From: an uncultured cyanobacterium
Lineage (GTDB): Bacteria > Cyanobacteriota > Cyanobacteriia > Cyanobacteriales > Nostocaceae
Assembly (NCBI GenBank): GCA_963706595.1
Contig: OY970166.1
Span: forward strand, 160,001 to 224,000
Reading direction: 5' to 3'
DNA length: 64,000 bases
In this document: piece by piece, positions 10,728 through 19,050 of the stretch
Layout of the letters: the number at the start of each line of letters is the position of its first letter
Numbering within the stretch: the stretch's first letter is position 1
Notes under the pieces: model-generated
What the model was told of the DNA's origin: nothing
What the model saw: only the letters and a program-made list of their open reading frames with translations
Database searches by the model: none
Program-made: the position numbers and the translations under genes

Positions 10728-11528
10728 ATGGAAACATCTAATCAACACTCTCTTAGCACAATTCGGAAATCCCGCCGTAGAGATAGTCTGAAAAATACTG
10801 CTTTAGGTTTAGTCTCTACCAGCAGCTTTCCCGCCATAGTGGGGACAGCAGATATGATGCTGAAATCGGCTGGTGTTCACCTAGTGGGGTATGAAAAAAT
10901 TGGTAGTGGCCAGTGTACGGCTATTGTCAGGGGTGGAATTGCTGATGTCCGTCTGGCGGTGGAAGCTGGTGTGCAAACTGCTGAACAGTTTGGTCAATTG
11001 GTTTCTAGTTTGGTAATTCCTCGGCCTTATCCTAACCTGGAGATAGTATTACCTATCAATAGCCGCCTGAGTAAATTGATGGAGGAAGGTAATCAAAGCA
11101 GTTTAAGTAACTTAGCCATTGGTTTAGTAGAAACGCGCGGTTTTCCGGCGATGGTGGGTGCTTGTGATGCGATGCTCAAAGCGGCTGATGTTCATTTAGC
11201 AGCTTATGAGAAAATTGGTGCGGGTTTGTGTACAGCCATTATTCGTGGCACTGTGGCTAATGTCGCCGTAGCAGTGGAAGCGGGAATGTTTGAGGCAGAA
11301 CGCATTGGGGAATTGAATGCAGTGATGGTGATTCCTCGTCCACTGGATGAAATGGAGAACACTTTGCCTTTAGCCAGTTGCTGGATTGAACACCGCGAAC
11401 CATTGAATATGCCTGTGAATGTCGAGGAACAGGTGGCCCAAATAGAAGTGCTACAATTGCCTGATTTATCCCAGATACCAGCAAAATTTGCGGAAGAAGT
11501 GACCGAAGAAATATGGAATGATGAATGA
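10728..11528 (+). CDS. ccmO: Tandem-BMC shell protein CcmO
   Basis: Two BMC domains; follows ccmN. Confidence 0.92.
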   Translation: METSNQHSLSTIRKSRRRDSLKNTALGLVSTSSFPAIVGTADMMLKSAGVHLVGYEKIGSGQCTAIVRGGIADVRLAVEAGVQTAEQFGQLVSSLVIPRPYPNLEIVLPINSRLSKLMEEGNQSSLSNLAIGLVETRGFPAMVGACDAMLKAADVHLAAYEKIGAGLCTAIIRGTVANVAVAVEAGMFEAERIGELNAVMVIPRPLDEMENTLPLASCWIEHREPLNMPVNVEEQVAQIEVLQLPDLSQIPAKFAEEVTEEIWNDE

Positions 11529-11686
11529 TGAATTACTGAGGATAAATGAGCCATTGTCGGCAATTCTCATTTAACTTTCGGCATTCAACATTCATCTTTT
11601 GTTGGAAGGCATCTTACGCTTTGTTTGTTGTTTTGATAATAACTTGTGATTACCATAAGTAAAACAAGTTTATTTTAATAACCTTC

Positions 11687-11702
11687 ATAGAGTTTTATCT
11701 AT
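11687..11702. promoter_or_regulatory. Candidate LysR (CbbR-subfamily) operator ATAG-N8-CTAT
   Basis: ATAGagttttatCTAT about 100 bp upstream of the LysR gene. Confidence 0.45.
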
Positions 11703-11802
11703 ACTTTAATTCAGAACTTCGTATGGGTGATTCGGTATCATTGGCAAGTGTTCAGTGATACTAGATTTATAGATATAAATCGCTATTAGAGGAGAATCAC
11801 TC

Positions 11803-12756
11803 TTGAACCAGGCGACGCTACACCAGTTGAAGGTGTTCGAGGCGGCAGCAAGGCACAGTAGCTTTACTCGTGCGGCTGAGGAATTATTTCTGACTCAACC
11901 CACCGTGTCCATGCAAATTAAACAACTCACAAAATCAGTAGGGTTGCCATTATTTGAGCAGGTGGGAAAACGTCTCTTTTTGACAGAAGCCGGAAGAGAA
12001 TTATTTGCAACTTGTCGGCAGATTTTTGAAACCATAGCCCAGTTTGAGATGACTGTGGCGGATTTAAAAGGCTTAAAACAAGGACAATTACGCTTGGCGG
12101 TGATTACAACAGCAAAGTATTTTGTCCCCAGGTTATTAGGTCCATTTTGTCAACTGTATCCAGGAATTGAGATTTCCTTACAAGTAACGAACCACGAACG
12201 CATCTTGGAACGGATGGTGAATAATATGGATGACTTATACATTATGAGTCAAGTCCCAGAAAGTCTAGATGTCAGCTATGAACCATTTTTAGATAACCCT
12301 TTAGTAATGTTTGCACCGGTTAATCATCCTTTAGCAAAAGAGAAAAATATACCGATAGAAAGATTGACAAATGAACCTTTTATTATGCGAGAACCGGGTT
12401 CAGGAACTCGCCGGGCTGTGCAGCAACTGTTTGATCAACATGGCGTGAAGGTAAAAGTTAAGCTGGAGTTGGGGAGTAACGAAGCGATTAAACAAGCGAT
12501 CGCAGGTGGTTTAGGAATTTCGGTTTTATCGCGTCATACTTTAATGCCAGACTCTTCTGAGTTCAGCATTTTGGATGTAGAACACTTTCCCATCAAGCGA
12601 ACTTGGTTTATCGGGTATCCCTCTGGTAAACAGTTGTCTATCGTCGCTCGTACTTATTATGAGTATCTGCTGGAAGCAGCGAAAAAGTTTGTTGAGGAAA
12701 CTGGTTTTTCTGCTTACAGTCAAAGTGAGGATGTTCCCACTAGCCTTGGCGATTAA
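11803..12756 (+). CDS. cmpR: LysR/CbbR-family regulator of carbon-uptake genes (CmpR)
   Basis: LysR HTH (SFTRAAEELFLTQPTVSMQIKQL); TTG start with GAGGAG RBS; position after ccmO as in Anabaena. Confidence 0.8.
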   Translation: MNQATLHQLKVFEAAARHSSFTRAAEELFLTQPTVSMQIKQLTKSVGLPLFEQVGKRLFLTEAGRELFATCRQIFETIAQFEMTVADLKGLKQGQLRLAVITTAKYFVPRLLGPFCQLYPGIEISLQVTNHERILERMVNNMDDLYIMSQVPESLDVSYEPFLDNPLVMFAPVNHPLAKEKNIPIERLTNEPFIMREPGSGTRRAVQQLFDQHGVKVKVKLELGSNEAIKQAIAGGLGISVLSRHTLMPDSSEFSILDVEHFPIKRTWFIGYPSGKQLSIVARTYYEYLLEAAKKFVEETGFSAYSQSEDVPTSLGD

Positions 12757-12860
12757 AAGTCGCCGTGAAGTTAAAAGCCCTGGCGACTAGAAGTCGCGGC
12801 TATACAGACAAGGCGCGCAGCGGCTTCCCAGAGGGAAGGCCACCTGCGTGGGTTTCAAAT
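12741..12860. repeat. REP-like repeats overlapping the cmpR 3' end
   Basis: agccctggcgactagaagtcgcggctatac at 12776-12805 has an inverted copy at 41874-41903; a degenerate copy lies at 12741-12764. Confidence 0.7.
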
Positions 12861-12933
12861 CCTCAGATAAACCGCTCTCTTCCTGATTTGTCGGTGTTCT
12901 CTGTGCCTGCTGCTTCCGTTTATCTACAAAATG

Positions 12934-14358
12934 TTATGCACTTTGCTTGCGTAGTTGCTTACAGTTATAAAAACCAAATATCAGCCAAAATGCCAGAAAG
13001 AATGAGGTTAATAGCAAAATTGGTATGGGTCCAAAATTAACAATTAAAAGCGGTGCGGCGGCGGTAAATAAGCCTCCACCAACAATAGGTTCAAACAACA
13101 ATTGTTTATAAGCAAAACTCTCAAACGCACCAGAACGGTTATCTGGATCTACCATTCGCAACAGCAATAATCCCGTGGAAGTCACACCCATCGATTGTCC
13201 CATATCACCGATACCACGTTCAAACCAGTAAAAAGGTAGGAGATGGGGACCTAAAAATACAAAGGCACAGACATTCCACGTAATCCCAGCAACGGATATA
13301 ATCAGGAAAGGAGCAAGATTATCACCCAGTACAGACAGAGAAATACTTGCTAGGGCTGTGACAATTGTAATATCTAATGCCAGTCCGCCAATGTTCTCCA
13401 TCAGGGGACGGCTAATTAAATAGGTGCGTCTGGTACGCATAAGTATATACTGCACAATCATTCCCCCAATCAGGGCGATGGGGAATAGCGGCACGTAGGA
13501 AATCAGTTGTACTCCACCTCTACCCCAGGTGATTGATTCAATAAAACGCAAAGCTTCTAAAATTAGCCAGCCGAAAGCGATCGCTAGTCCGACAAAACCA
13601 AAGTTGAGTGATAATGGATCAATTAGTAAGTTACGGACTAAATTCTTTCTGGCAATTGTGACACTCGGTTCTTCTTCTGGTAGCTGATTCTCTGCATTTT
13701 CTAAATTATCTGACGCTTCACGACTGACTTGGATTTTTCCAGTTCTCCGTCCCCAGTGGATTAAAATTGTCCCGGAAACTACGCCAGAAACTAGCCCCAC
13801 TGTGGCTAAAGCTAAAGATAAATCGGGGCCGGCGGCAAAACCTAATTCTGTAAATGTTGCAGCCATTCCGGCTGATGTCCCGTGTCCCCCTTCAAAGGCG
13901 ACTTCAATTAAACAAGCCGCTATGGGCGGTAAACCAAAAACTGGTGTTAATATGGTGATTGTTAGTATTATTCCTACTACGTATTGACCCCAAGCAATGG
14001 ATTGACCTAAAGCCACTTGTGGGGCAGCTTTCCGCCAAAATTCACGCAATGTCGGCACATATTGACCGAGAAACAGGGTAGCAAAAACAATGTTAATAAA
14101 GATACCCGGAGACTGTGACCAAACCGCCTGGATATTTTCAGTAAATAGGCCTTGAACCAGAGGAGATTCGGGATTTACTGATTTGACAATTGCACCCAAA
14201 GCACCTTTACCCAGGAGTAAGGCCAGAATACCAGCAACAATTGAACTAGGTATGTAGAGCGATCGCAATATTCCCAGGCGCTGTCTAATCAACCGCCCCA
14301 CCAGGATTAATATAGCGATGAGAATATAAGCCCAGAAGACATCTATGAGTTTGAACAT
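12934..14358 (-). CDS. gltS: Sodium/glutamate symporter family protein
   Basis: Polytopic membrane protein with FEGGHGT and GQSMGVTSTG re-entrant loop motifs. Confidence 0.8.
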   Translation of the reverse strand: MFKLIDVFWAYILIAILILVGRLIRQRLGILRSLYIPSSIVAGILALLLGKGALGAIVKSVNPESPLVQGLFTENIQAVWSQSPGIFINIVFATLFLGQYVPTLREFWRKAAPQVALGQSIAWGQYVVGIILTITILTPVFGLPPIAACLIEVAFEGGHGTSAGMAATFTELGFAAGPDLSLALATVGLVSGVVSGTILIHWGRRTGKIQVSREASDNLENAENQLPEEEPSVTIARKNLVRNLLIDPLSLNFGFVGLAIAFGWLILEALRFIESITWGRGGVQLISYVPLFPIALIGGMIVQYILMRTRRTYLISRPLMENIGGLALDITIVTALASISLSVLGDNLAPFLIISVAGITWNVCAFVFLGPHLLPFYWFERGIGDMGQSMGVTSTGLLLLRMVDPDNRSGAFESFAYKQLLFEPIVGGGLFTAAAPLLIVNFGPIPILLLTSFFLAFWLIFGFYNCKQLRKQSA

Positions 14359-14466
14359 ATTTGTAACAGTTGCCTTTTGTATCTATTGATTCTCTATGAG
14401 TCTGAGCATCTTGGCAATAGCTGAGTATTTAGAGGTGCGATCGCTTATAAGTTTACAATTAGAAAA

Positions 14467-14572
14467 TAGTGCGGTTATCGGGTGAGTGAAATACAAGAAC
14501 CCCACCCCCAACCCCCTCCCCGCAAGCGAGGAGGGGGCTATGATGTAATTAATTCAAATGCATACCGCTATA
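14467..14572. mobile_element. MITE-like element (uninterrupted form of the element at 34719-35079)
   Basis: gcggt...accgc ends; internal gagtgaaatacaagaaccccacccc and gcaagcgaggagggggctatgatgta shared with 34719-35079. Confidence 0.7.
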
Positions 14573-14612
14573 GTCAAGAAATGAGTTGATATTAAGTTTG
14601 GAGAAACAATTT

Positions 14613-14843
14613 ATGTTAGGTCTAGACAATATTACATTTGACCCTGGCATTATGGGAGGACAAGCTTGCATTCGCGGGATGCGAATCCCGGTGTCTTTAG
14701 TGGTTAATTTAATAGCTAATGGGAAAATTGTAGAGGAAATTTTAGAAGAATATCCTGATTTAGAAGCAGAAGATATTCGTCAATCTTTATTGTATGCAGC
14801 GTGGTTGACTCAAGAACGGGTTTATCCCTTCAAAATTGCTTAA
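14613..14843 (+). CDS. DUF433 family putative antitoxin
   Basis: ITFDPGIMGGQACIRGMRIPV...EYPDLEAEDIRQSLLYAA signature; ATG 14613 after GGAG. Confidence 0.88.
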   Translation: MLGLDNITFDPGIMGGQACIRGMRIPVSLVVNLIANGKIVEEILEEYPDLEAEDIRQSLLYAAWLTQERVYPFKIA

Positions 14844-14851
14844 TAAGTAAA

Positions 14852-14932
14852 ATGAGATTTTTGGCAGAATATAATTTAACTCTTATGCAGTCAGGCGATC
14901 GCCTTTCTTTGTACATTTTTATAAAAGTATAA
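14852..14932 (+). pseudogene. Probable truncated PIN-like (DUF5615-type) toxin
   Basis: ORF MRFLAEYNLT... begins 8 bp after the DUF433 stop, resembles the MRFLAD start of DUF433 partner toxins, and stops after 26 codons. Confidence 0.45.
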
Positions 14933-15060
14933 TTTTATACTTTTGTCAATACCCTGATGCCAAAAAACTCAAATTAAGTTTGAGTAAAATTCAGCTTGAA
15001 AAAAGAGCATTATTTTCTATAATTTGGAAATATAATGATAGCGATCGCCACCATCAAAAA

Positions 15061-15093
15061 AGATCCCCGACTTCTTGAAGAAGTCGGGGATCT
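15061..15093. repeat. 33-bp palindromic dispersed repeat, copy 1
   Basis: AGATCCCCGACTTCTT-G-AAGAAGTCGGGGATCT, perfect 16-bp arms. Confidence 0.9.
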
Positions 15094-15211
15094 GAGCCTC
15101 TCGCTAGTGGCAAATCAGAGAGAATAGCTATATTTTTATGAGACAATAATATTAAAGTGATAACTTATAGCGCCTTTGCGTAAGGGTTAAAACATTTTAC
15201 AACTCTAGGCG

Positions 15212-15439
15212 TTATTCTGGCGATTGTGTAATATTCTCATCTTGGAATCCTGTAATTTTGGCATATAAACTGGCAACTGTTTCTTCAGCAAAGAGTTTTT
15301 CTTTAAGTTGCAAATAATCGCCTTCACTTAATTTACAGGTAGCCCAAAATTTCATTACCTTCGATGGTTCTAAGTGAGTGAGTAAAACCTGCATTACTTC
15401 TTGGATATTTTGTTGTTCGTTGATAACTTTAATTGTCAT
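15212..15439 (-). CDS. Small protein, putative antitoxin partner of the PIN protein
   Basis: 75 aa; start overlaps the end of the PIN gene. Confidence 0.65.
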   Translation of the reverse strand: MTIKVINEQQNIQEVMQVLLTHLEPSKVMKFWATCKLSEGDYLQLKEKLFAEETVASLYAKITGFQDENITQSPE

Positions 15440-15869
15440 TTCCTACCTCAAGAATAAAATTGTTTGGGTTGATTACTATGAGTGATAAATTATGACATCT
15501 GTTGATTAACCTCCTATCACAAGTGATAAGATAATCACTTTCAGAAGTCTCTGCACACGCTACATGAAGTGCATCAATAGGTTTAATTCCTTGTTGTTCT
15601 AGTTGTTCTGCTCTGTTTCTGATTTTTTCATCGACTAATACTCTGAATTTAGCTATTTCTAAGTATCTCGCCATTGATTGCTGATTGACACTAAAAGGGT
15701 TACGGCTATTTTCATATTCTAGAACTGAAGAGCTAACTAATTCTATTAATTTCGCTTCTACTGTTTGTAAAATTAAGATAACTGCTTGTGTTTCTAGAAA
15801 GATTTTTGGCTGTGTTTGGTCGTCAAATGGACGATTATAAATACTGGTATCTAGATAAACCCTGGTCAT
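15429..15869 (-). CDS. PIN-domain (VapC-like) ribonuclease
   Basis: VYLDTS, VLEYE, DALHVACA and LITCDRRL supply the acidic PIN residues. Confidence 0.88.
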   Translation of the reverse strand: MTRVYLDTSIYNRPFDDQTQPKIFLETQAVILILQTVEAKLIELVSSSVLEYENSRNPFSVNQQSMARYLEIAKFRVLVDEKIRNRAEQLEQQGIKPIDALHVACAETSESDYLITCDRRLINRCHNLSLIVINPNNFILEVGNDN

Positions 15870-15970
15870 AAATATAGCTTTTTATAAAACTTTATCTTGA
15901 AAAAATCGCTTGCGTATGTATATTTTAAATCGTGCGATCTCTTGTACAATACCATCAATAATTTTTATAC

Positions 15971-17587
15971 TCAATTTTGTTGCCGGCAAGCTTCCCAATT
16001 TTTACGAACAGTAATAGTATTGGGATGATTGTCTCCCAGCAGGCGTTTACACAGTTCTAAAGCTTGGAGAAACAGGGGTTCGGCTTGGTCGTAACGTCCT
16101 TGGGAAAAGTAGAGATATGCCAAGTTGTTGAGGCTGGTGGCGACATCGGGATGATTCTCACCTAGCAGGCGTTTTCTCAGTTCTAAAGCTTGGAGTAACA
16201 GTGATTCGGCTTGGTCGTACCGTCCTTGGTCAGAGTAGAGATTTGCCAAGTTGTTGAGGCTGGTGGCGACATCGGGATGATTGTCTCCCAGTAGGCGTTT
16301 TCTTAGTTCTAAAGCTTGGAGTAACAGGGGTTCGGCTTGGTCGTACCGTCCTTGGGATTCGTACAATGATGCCAAGTTGTTGAGGCTTTGAGCGACATCG
16401 GGATGATTATCTCCCAGCAGGCGTTGACAGAGTTCTAAAGCTTGAAGATACAGGGGTTCGGCTTGGTCGTACAGTCCTTGGGAATCGTACAGTGATGCCA
16501 AGTTGTGGAGGCTGGAGGCGACATCAGGATGATTGTCTCCCAGCAGGCGTTTTCTCAGTTCTAAAGCTTGGAGAAACAGGGGTTCGGCTTGGTCGTACAG
16601 TCCTTGGGAATAGTAGAGGAATGCCAAGTTGTTGAGGCTTTGAGCAACATGGGGATGATCTTCTCCCAGCAGGCGTTTTCTGAGTTCTAAAGCCTGGAGA
16701 AACAGGGGTTCGGCTTGGTCGTACCGTCCTTGGGAATCGTAGAGTAATGCCAAGTTGTTGAGGCTGCTGGGTAAGTCTTTCTCTAAACCTAACTGTTTTT
16801 GCAGTTCCACGGCCTTGCTTAGATACTCAATTGCTAATTCTTGTTCTTTTTGGTAATCCTGACACTCACCCCGTTGCAGCCTTTTTATATAAATATTGCC
16901 TAAGCTAAAGTACAAAGTTGCTAAACTTGTATCTTTTTTACTTTGCTGTTCTGCATCTTGAATAAACTTTTTTAAATCTTCTATAGGTAATAAATAAGGA
17001 TTATCATCATCAAAATCAGGAATTTCATGAGAATTAAAAGCAAAACGAATTGGCTCTAATTCTTTACCAGAAATACTATTTTTCCTTCTTGAGACAAATC
17101 GAAAAACACCATTGCGCCAACTCCAAAAATCTGGTGCTTTATTTATCAAATTAATTAATATTTGGTTAGTCACCCACAAAACAATCGCAAAAGGAAATTC
17201 TCTTAATGCTTCTCTAGTCCACTGTAAGTAACCGAAAAAGATATCTTGTTCTGAACGCTCCTTCCCCAGTGGAAGAAAATAAAGCTGTTCTGCACCAGTC
17301 ACAGTAATTACTGCTGGTTTATGTTGACGCAAATACTCTTCATTTTTTACCAATTGAGAAATAGCAGCCGTCAAACTCGGTTCACCCCTCGCCAATGTCA
17401 CCCTATAAGTAGGAAACAGAGGTTGCAATTCCGCTTCATATTGAGCAATGATTTCATCACGAAAACTAGCATCATCACAAACAGCAATTAACAAATTTAA
17501 TCGATGTGCTTTAGCTTCGATGGAAACAACTAATTCATCATAAACATCTCTATGGTCGTCATTTACTAATAAATCTTCATTCAGCAT
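15971..17587 (-). CDS. TPR protein: N-terminal APDFWSWR-motif domain + six 42-aa TPR repeats
   Basis: SLNNLAxLYxSQGRYDQAEPLxLQALEL repeats; start overlaps the ATPase end. Confidence 0.9.
   Translation of the reverse strand: MLNEDLLVNDDHRDVYDELVVSIEAKAHRLNLLIAVCDDASFRDEIIAQYEAELQPLFPTYRVTLARGEPSLTAAISQLVKNEEYLRQHKPAVITVTGAEQLYFLPLGKERSEQDIFFGYLQWTREALREFPFAIVLWVTNQILINLINKAPDFWSWRNGVFRFVSRRKNSISGKELEPIRFAFNSHEIPDFDDDNPYLLPIEDLKKFIQDAEQQSKKDTSLATLYFSLGNIYIKRLQRGECQDYQKEQELAIEYLSKAVELQKQLGLEKDLPSSLNNLALLYDSQGRYDQAEPLFLQALELRKRLLGEDHPHVAQSLNNLAFLYYSQGLYDQAEPLFLQALELRKRLLGDNHPDVASSLHNLASLYDSQGLYDQAEPLYLQALELCQRLLGDNHPDVAQSLNNLASLYESQGRYDQAEPLLLQALELRKRLLGDNHPDVATSLNNLANLYSDQGRYDQAESLLLQALELRKRLLGENHPDVATSLNNLAYLYFSQGRYDQAEPLFLQALELCKRLLGDNHPNTITVRKNWEACRQQN
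16016..16771 (-). repeat. Six intragenic 126-bp tandem repeats
   Basis: Anchor caagttgt(t/g)gaggct recurs at 16121, 16247, 16373, 16499, 16625 and 16751. Confidence 0.95.
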
Positions 17588-18869
17588 TAATTAACCTCCT
17601 ACGCCTCAAATTTTCTACAAGAATGGGGTGAACATCATACCAAGTTTCATCATTACGATATTCTAAAATATATAGCCCATGCAGTAATTCCAAAAATTCT
17701 TGCTGCTTTACGTCATCAGGCTCGAAATTATTATAAGTAGTTTTCAATATCTCAAAATCATCCCTTCCTAAACGGATAGAAAGGTCATTACGAATTTGCT
17801 TAATTGCTTGTTCTATAATTTGGTCATCAATTACAATTTTTTCTCCTGGCTTTTGCCTGATGAGTCGCAAACAAATACGACAACATACATTAGCCAGACG
17901 AATCAACTCCCTAAGAACTCCACCACTATAAACAACAATCTTCTCTGCGGCTGACCTGTCTATTAATTCATTAGCAATTCGTTTTTGTAACATTCCACAT
18001 AAAATATCTGCCGCTTCCCTTCGAGGCTCGGCATCAGGTAAGCGATTATTCCCCTTTCCAAAAATTTTGATCACAGGCATTACCAAAGTTTGGTAGTTGG
18101 TTTCTGCGTCAATAAGTGGCCAGAGAAAAGTGTCACACATGACCGCAATAGGGATAGTGTAGATAATCCGAAAATTAGGTTGAAACAGAGCTTTAATATT
18201 ATCTCGATAAATATCGTTAACTCTTACCAAATCTAGTTTATCTAAATCATCAATGATAACTATGCTCTCTTTTTGAGTATGAAGTTTAATCAGTGCAGCA
18301 ATTTCATTAATCCGAGCCACTAAATCGGATATTTTGCGTTCAAATTCCTGTGTTATTTCCTCCCTAACTTTTGCATTAGCTTTTAATTGAGCTTTCAGGA
18401 AAGTGAGCAAATTAAAACCTACCTCAAGTCCGCCCTCTACCTCTTCCTCTATAGTCCTAGTGCGATGTGCAAACCACCCATAAAGTTGATCTTTAGTAGT
18501 TTGAGGAATCTTGACTTGGCGTGCTTCTGCCTCATACATTAAATTAAGAGCAATAGCAAATAAAATATTGACATGATTTACAGCCGACATTTCAATAGTG
18601 TCAGCAATAGAGAATAAAACTACAAAATATTTGTCCTCAACTTGTCTACTAAACTCAGCTAATAGAGACGACTTTCCACAGCCCCGATGTCCAGTAAATA
18701 CAAACTTGCCATCACCATTAGGACTGTCTTCAACTAATTGACGTAAATCTGCTATTAAATCATCACCATAATCTACTCGAAATTGCTCCATTTCTCTCTC
18801 ATTCATCAATGGAAATAATTCGAGATTACTGTAAGCTTCCTGAAAAGATTTTAATAATTCGTTAGACAT
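17577..18869 (-). CDS. P-loop (AAA+/STAND/KAP-like) ATPase
   Basis: Walker A GHRGCGKS, Walker B IVIIDDLD, SGGVLRELIRL, C-terminal YDVHP; ATG 18869 is the likely start. Confidence 0.85.
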   Translation of the reverse strand: MSNELLKSFQEAYSNLELFPLMNEREMEQFRVDYGDDLIADLRQLVEDSPNGDGKFVFTGHRGCGKSSLLAEFSRQVEDKYFVVLFSIADTIEMSAVNHVNILFAIALNLMYEAEARQVKIPQTTKDQLYGWFAHRTRTIEEEVEGGLEVGFNLLTFLKAQLKANAKVREEITQEFERKISDLVARINEIAALIKLHTQKESIVIIDDLDKLDLVRVNDIYRDNIKALFQPNFRIIYTIPIAVMCDTFLWPLIDAETNYQTLVMPVIKIFGKGNNRLPDAEPRREAADILCGMLQKRIANELIDRSAAEKIVVYSGGVLRELIRLANVCCRICLRLIRQKPGEKIVIDDQIIEQAIKQIRNDLSIRLGRDDFEILKTTYNNFEPDDVKQQEFLELLHGLYILEYRNDETWYDVHPILVENLRRRRLINAE

Positions 18870-18998
18870 GGCGTATAACACAATAACATTTTTACTACTT
18901 ATTTATATTATGAGCTATCCAGCCCCAACTCAAAAAACTTTCCTCCATCTCTCTGCGCCTCTACGTGAAAAAAATACAGCACCCGCCAATTTTGATAA

Positions 18999-19031
18999 AG
19001 ATCCCCGACTTCTTCAAGAAGTCGGGGATTT
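18999..19031. repeat. 33-bp palindromic dispersed repeat, copy 2
   Basis: AGATCCCCGACTTCTT-C-AAGAAGTCGGGGATTT, two differences from copy 1. Confidence 0.9.
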
Positions 19032-19050
19032 GAGACTCCCGGTGTTGGCA

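Noticed and set aside
16016..16771. 126-bp repeats as a CRISPR array or DGR target
   Set aside because: The repeats are in-frame coding units without unique spacers. No cas or reverse transcriptase gene is in the window, and no separate template repeat was seen.
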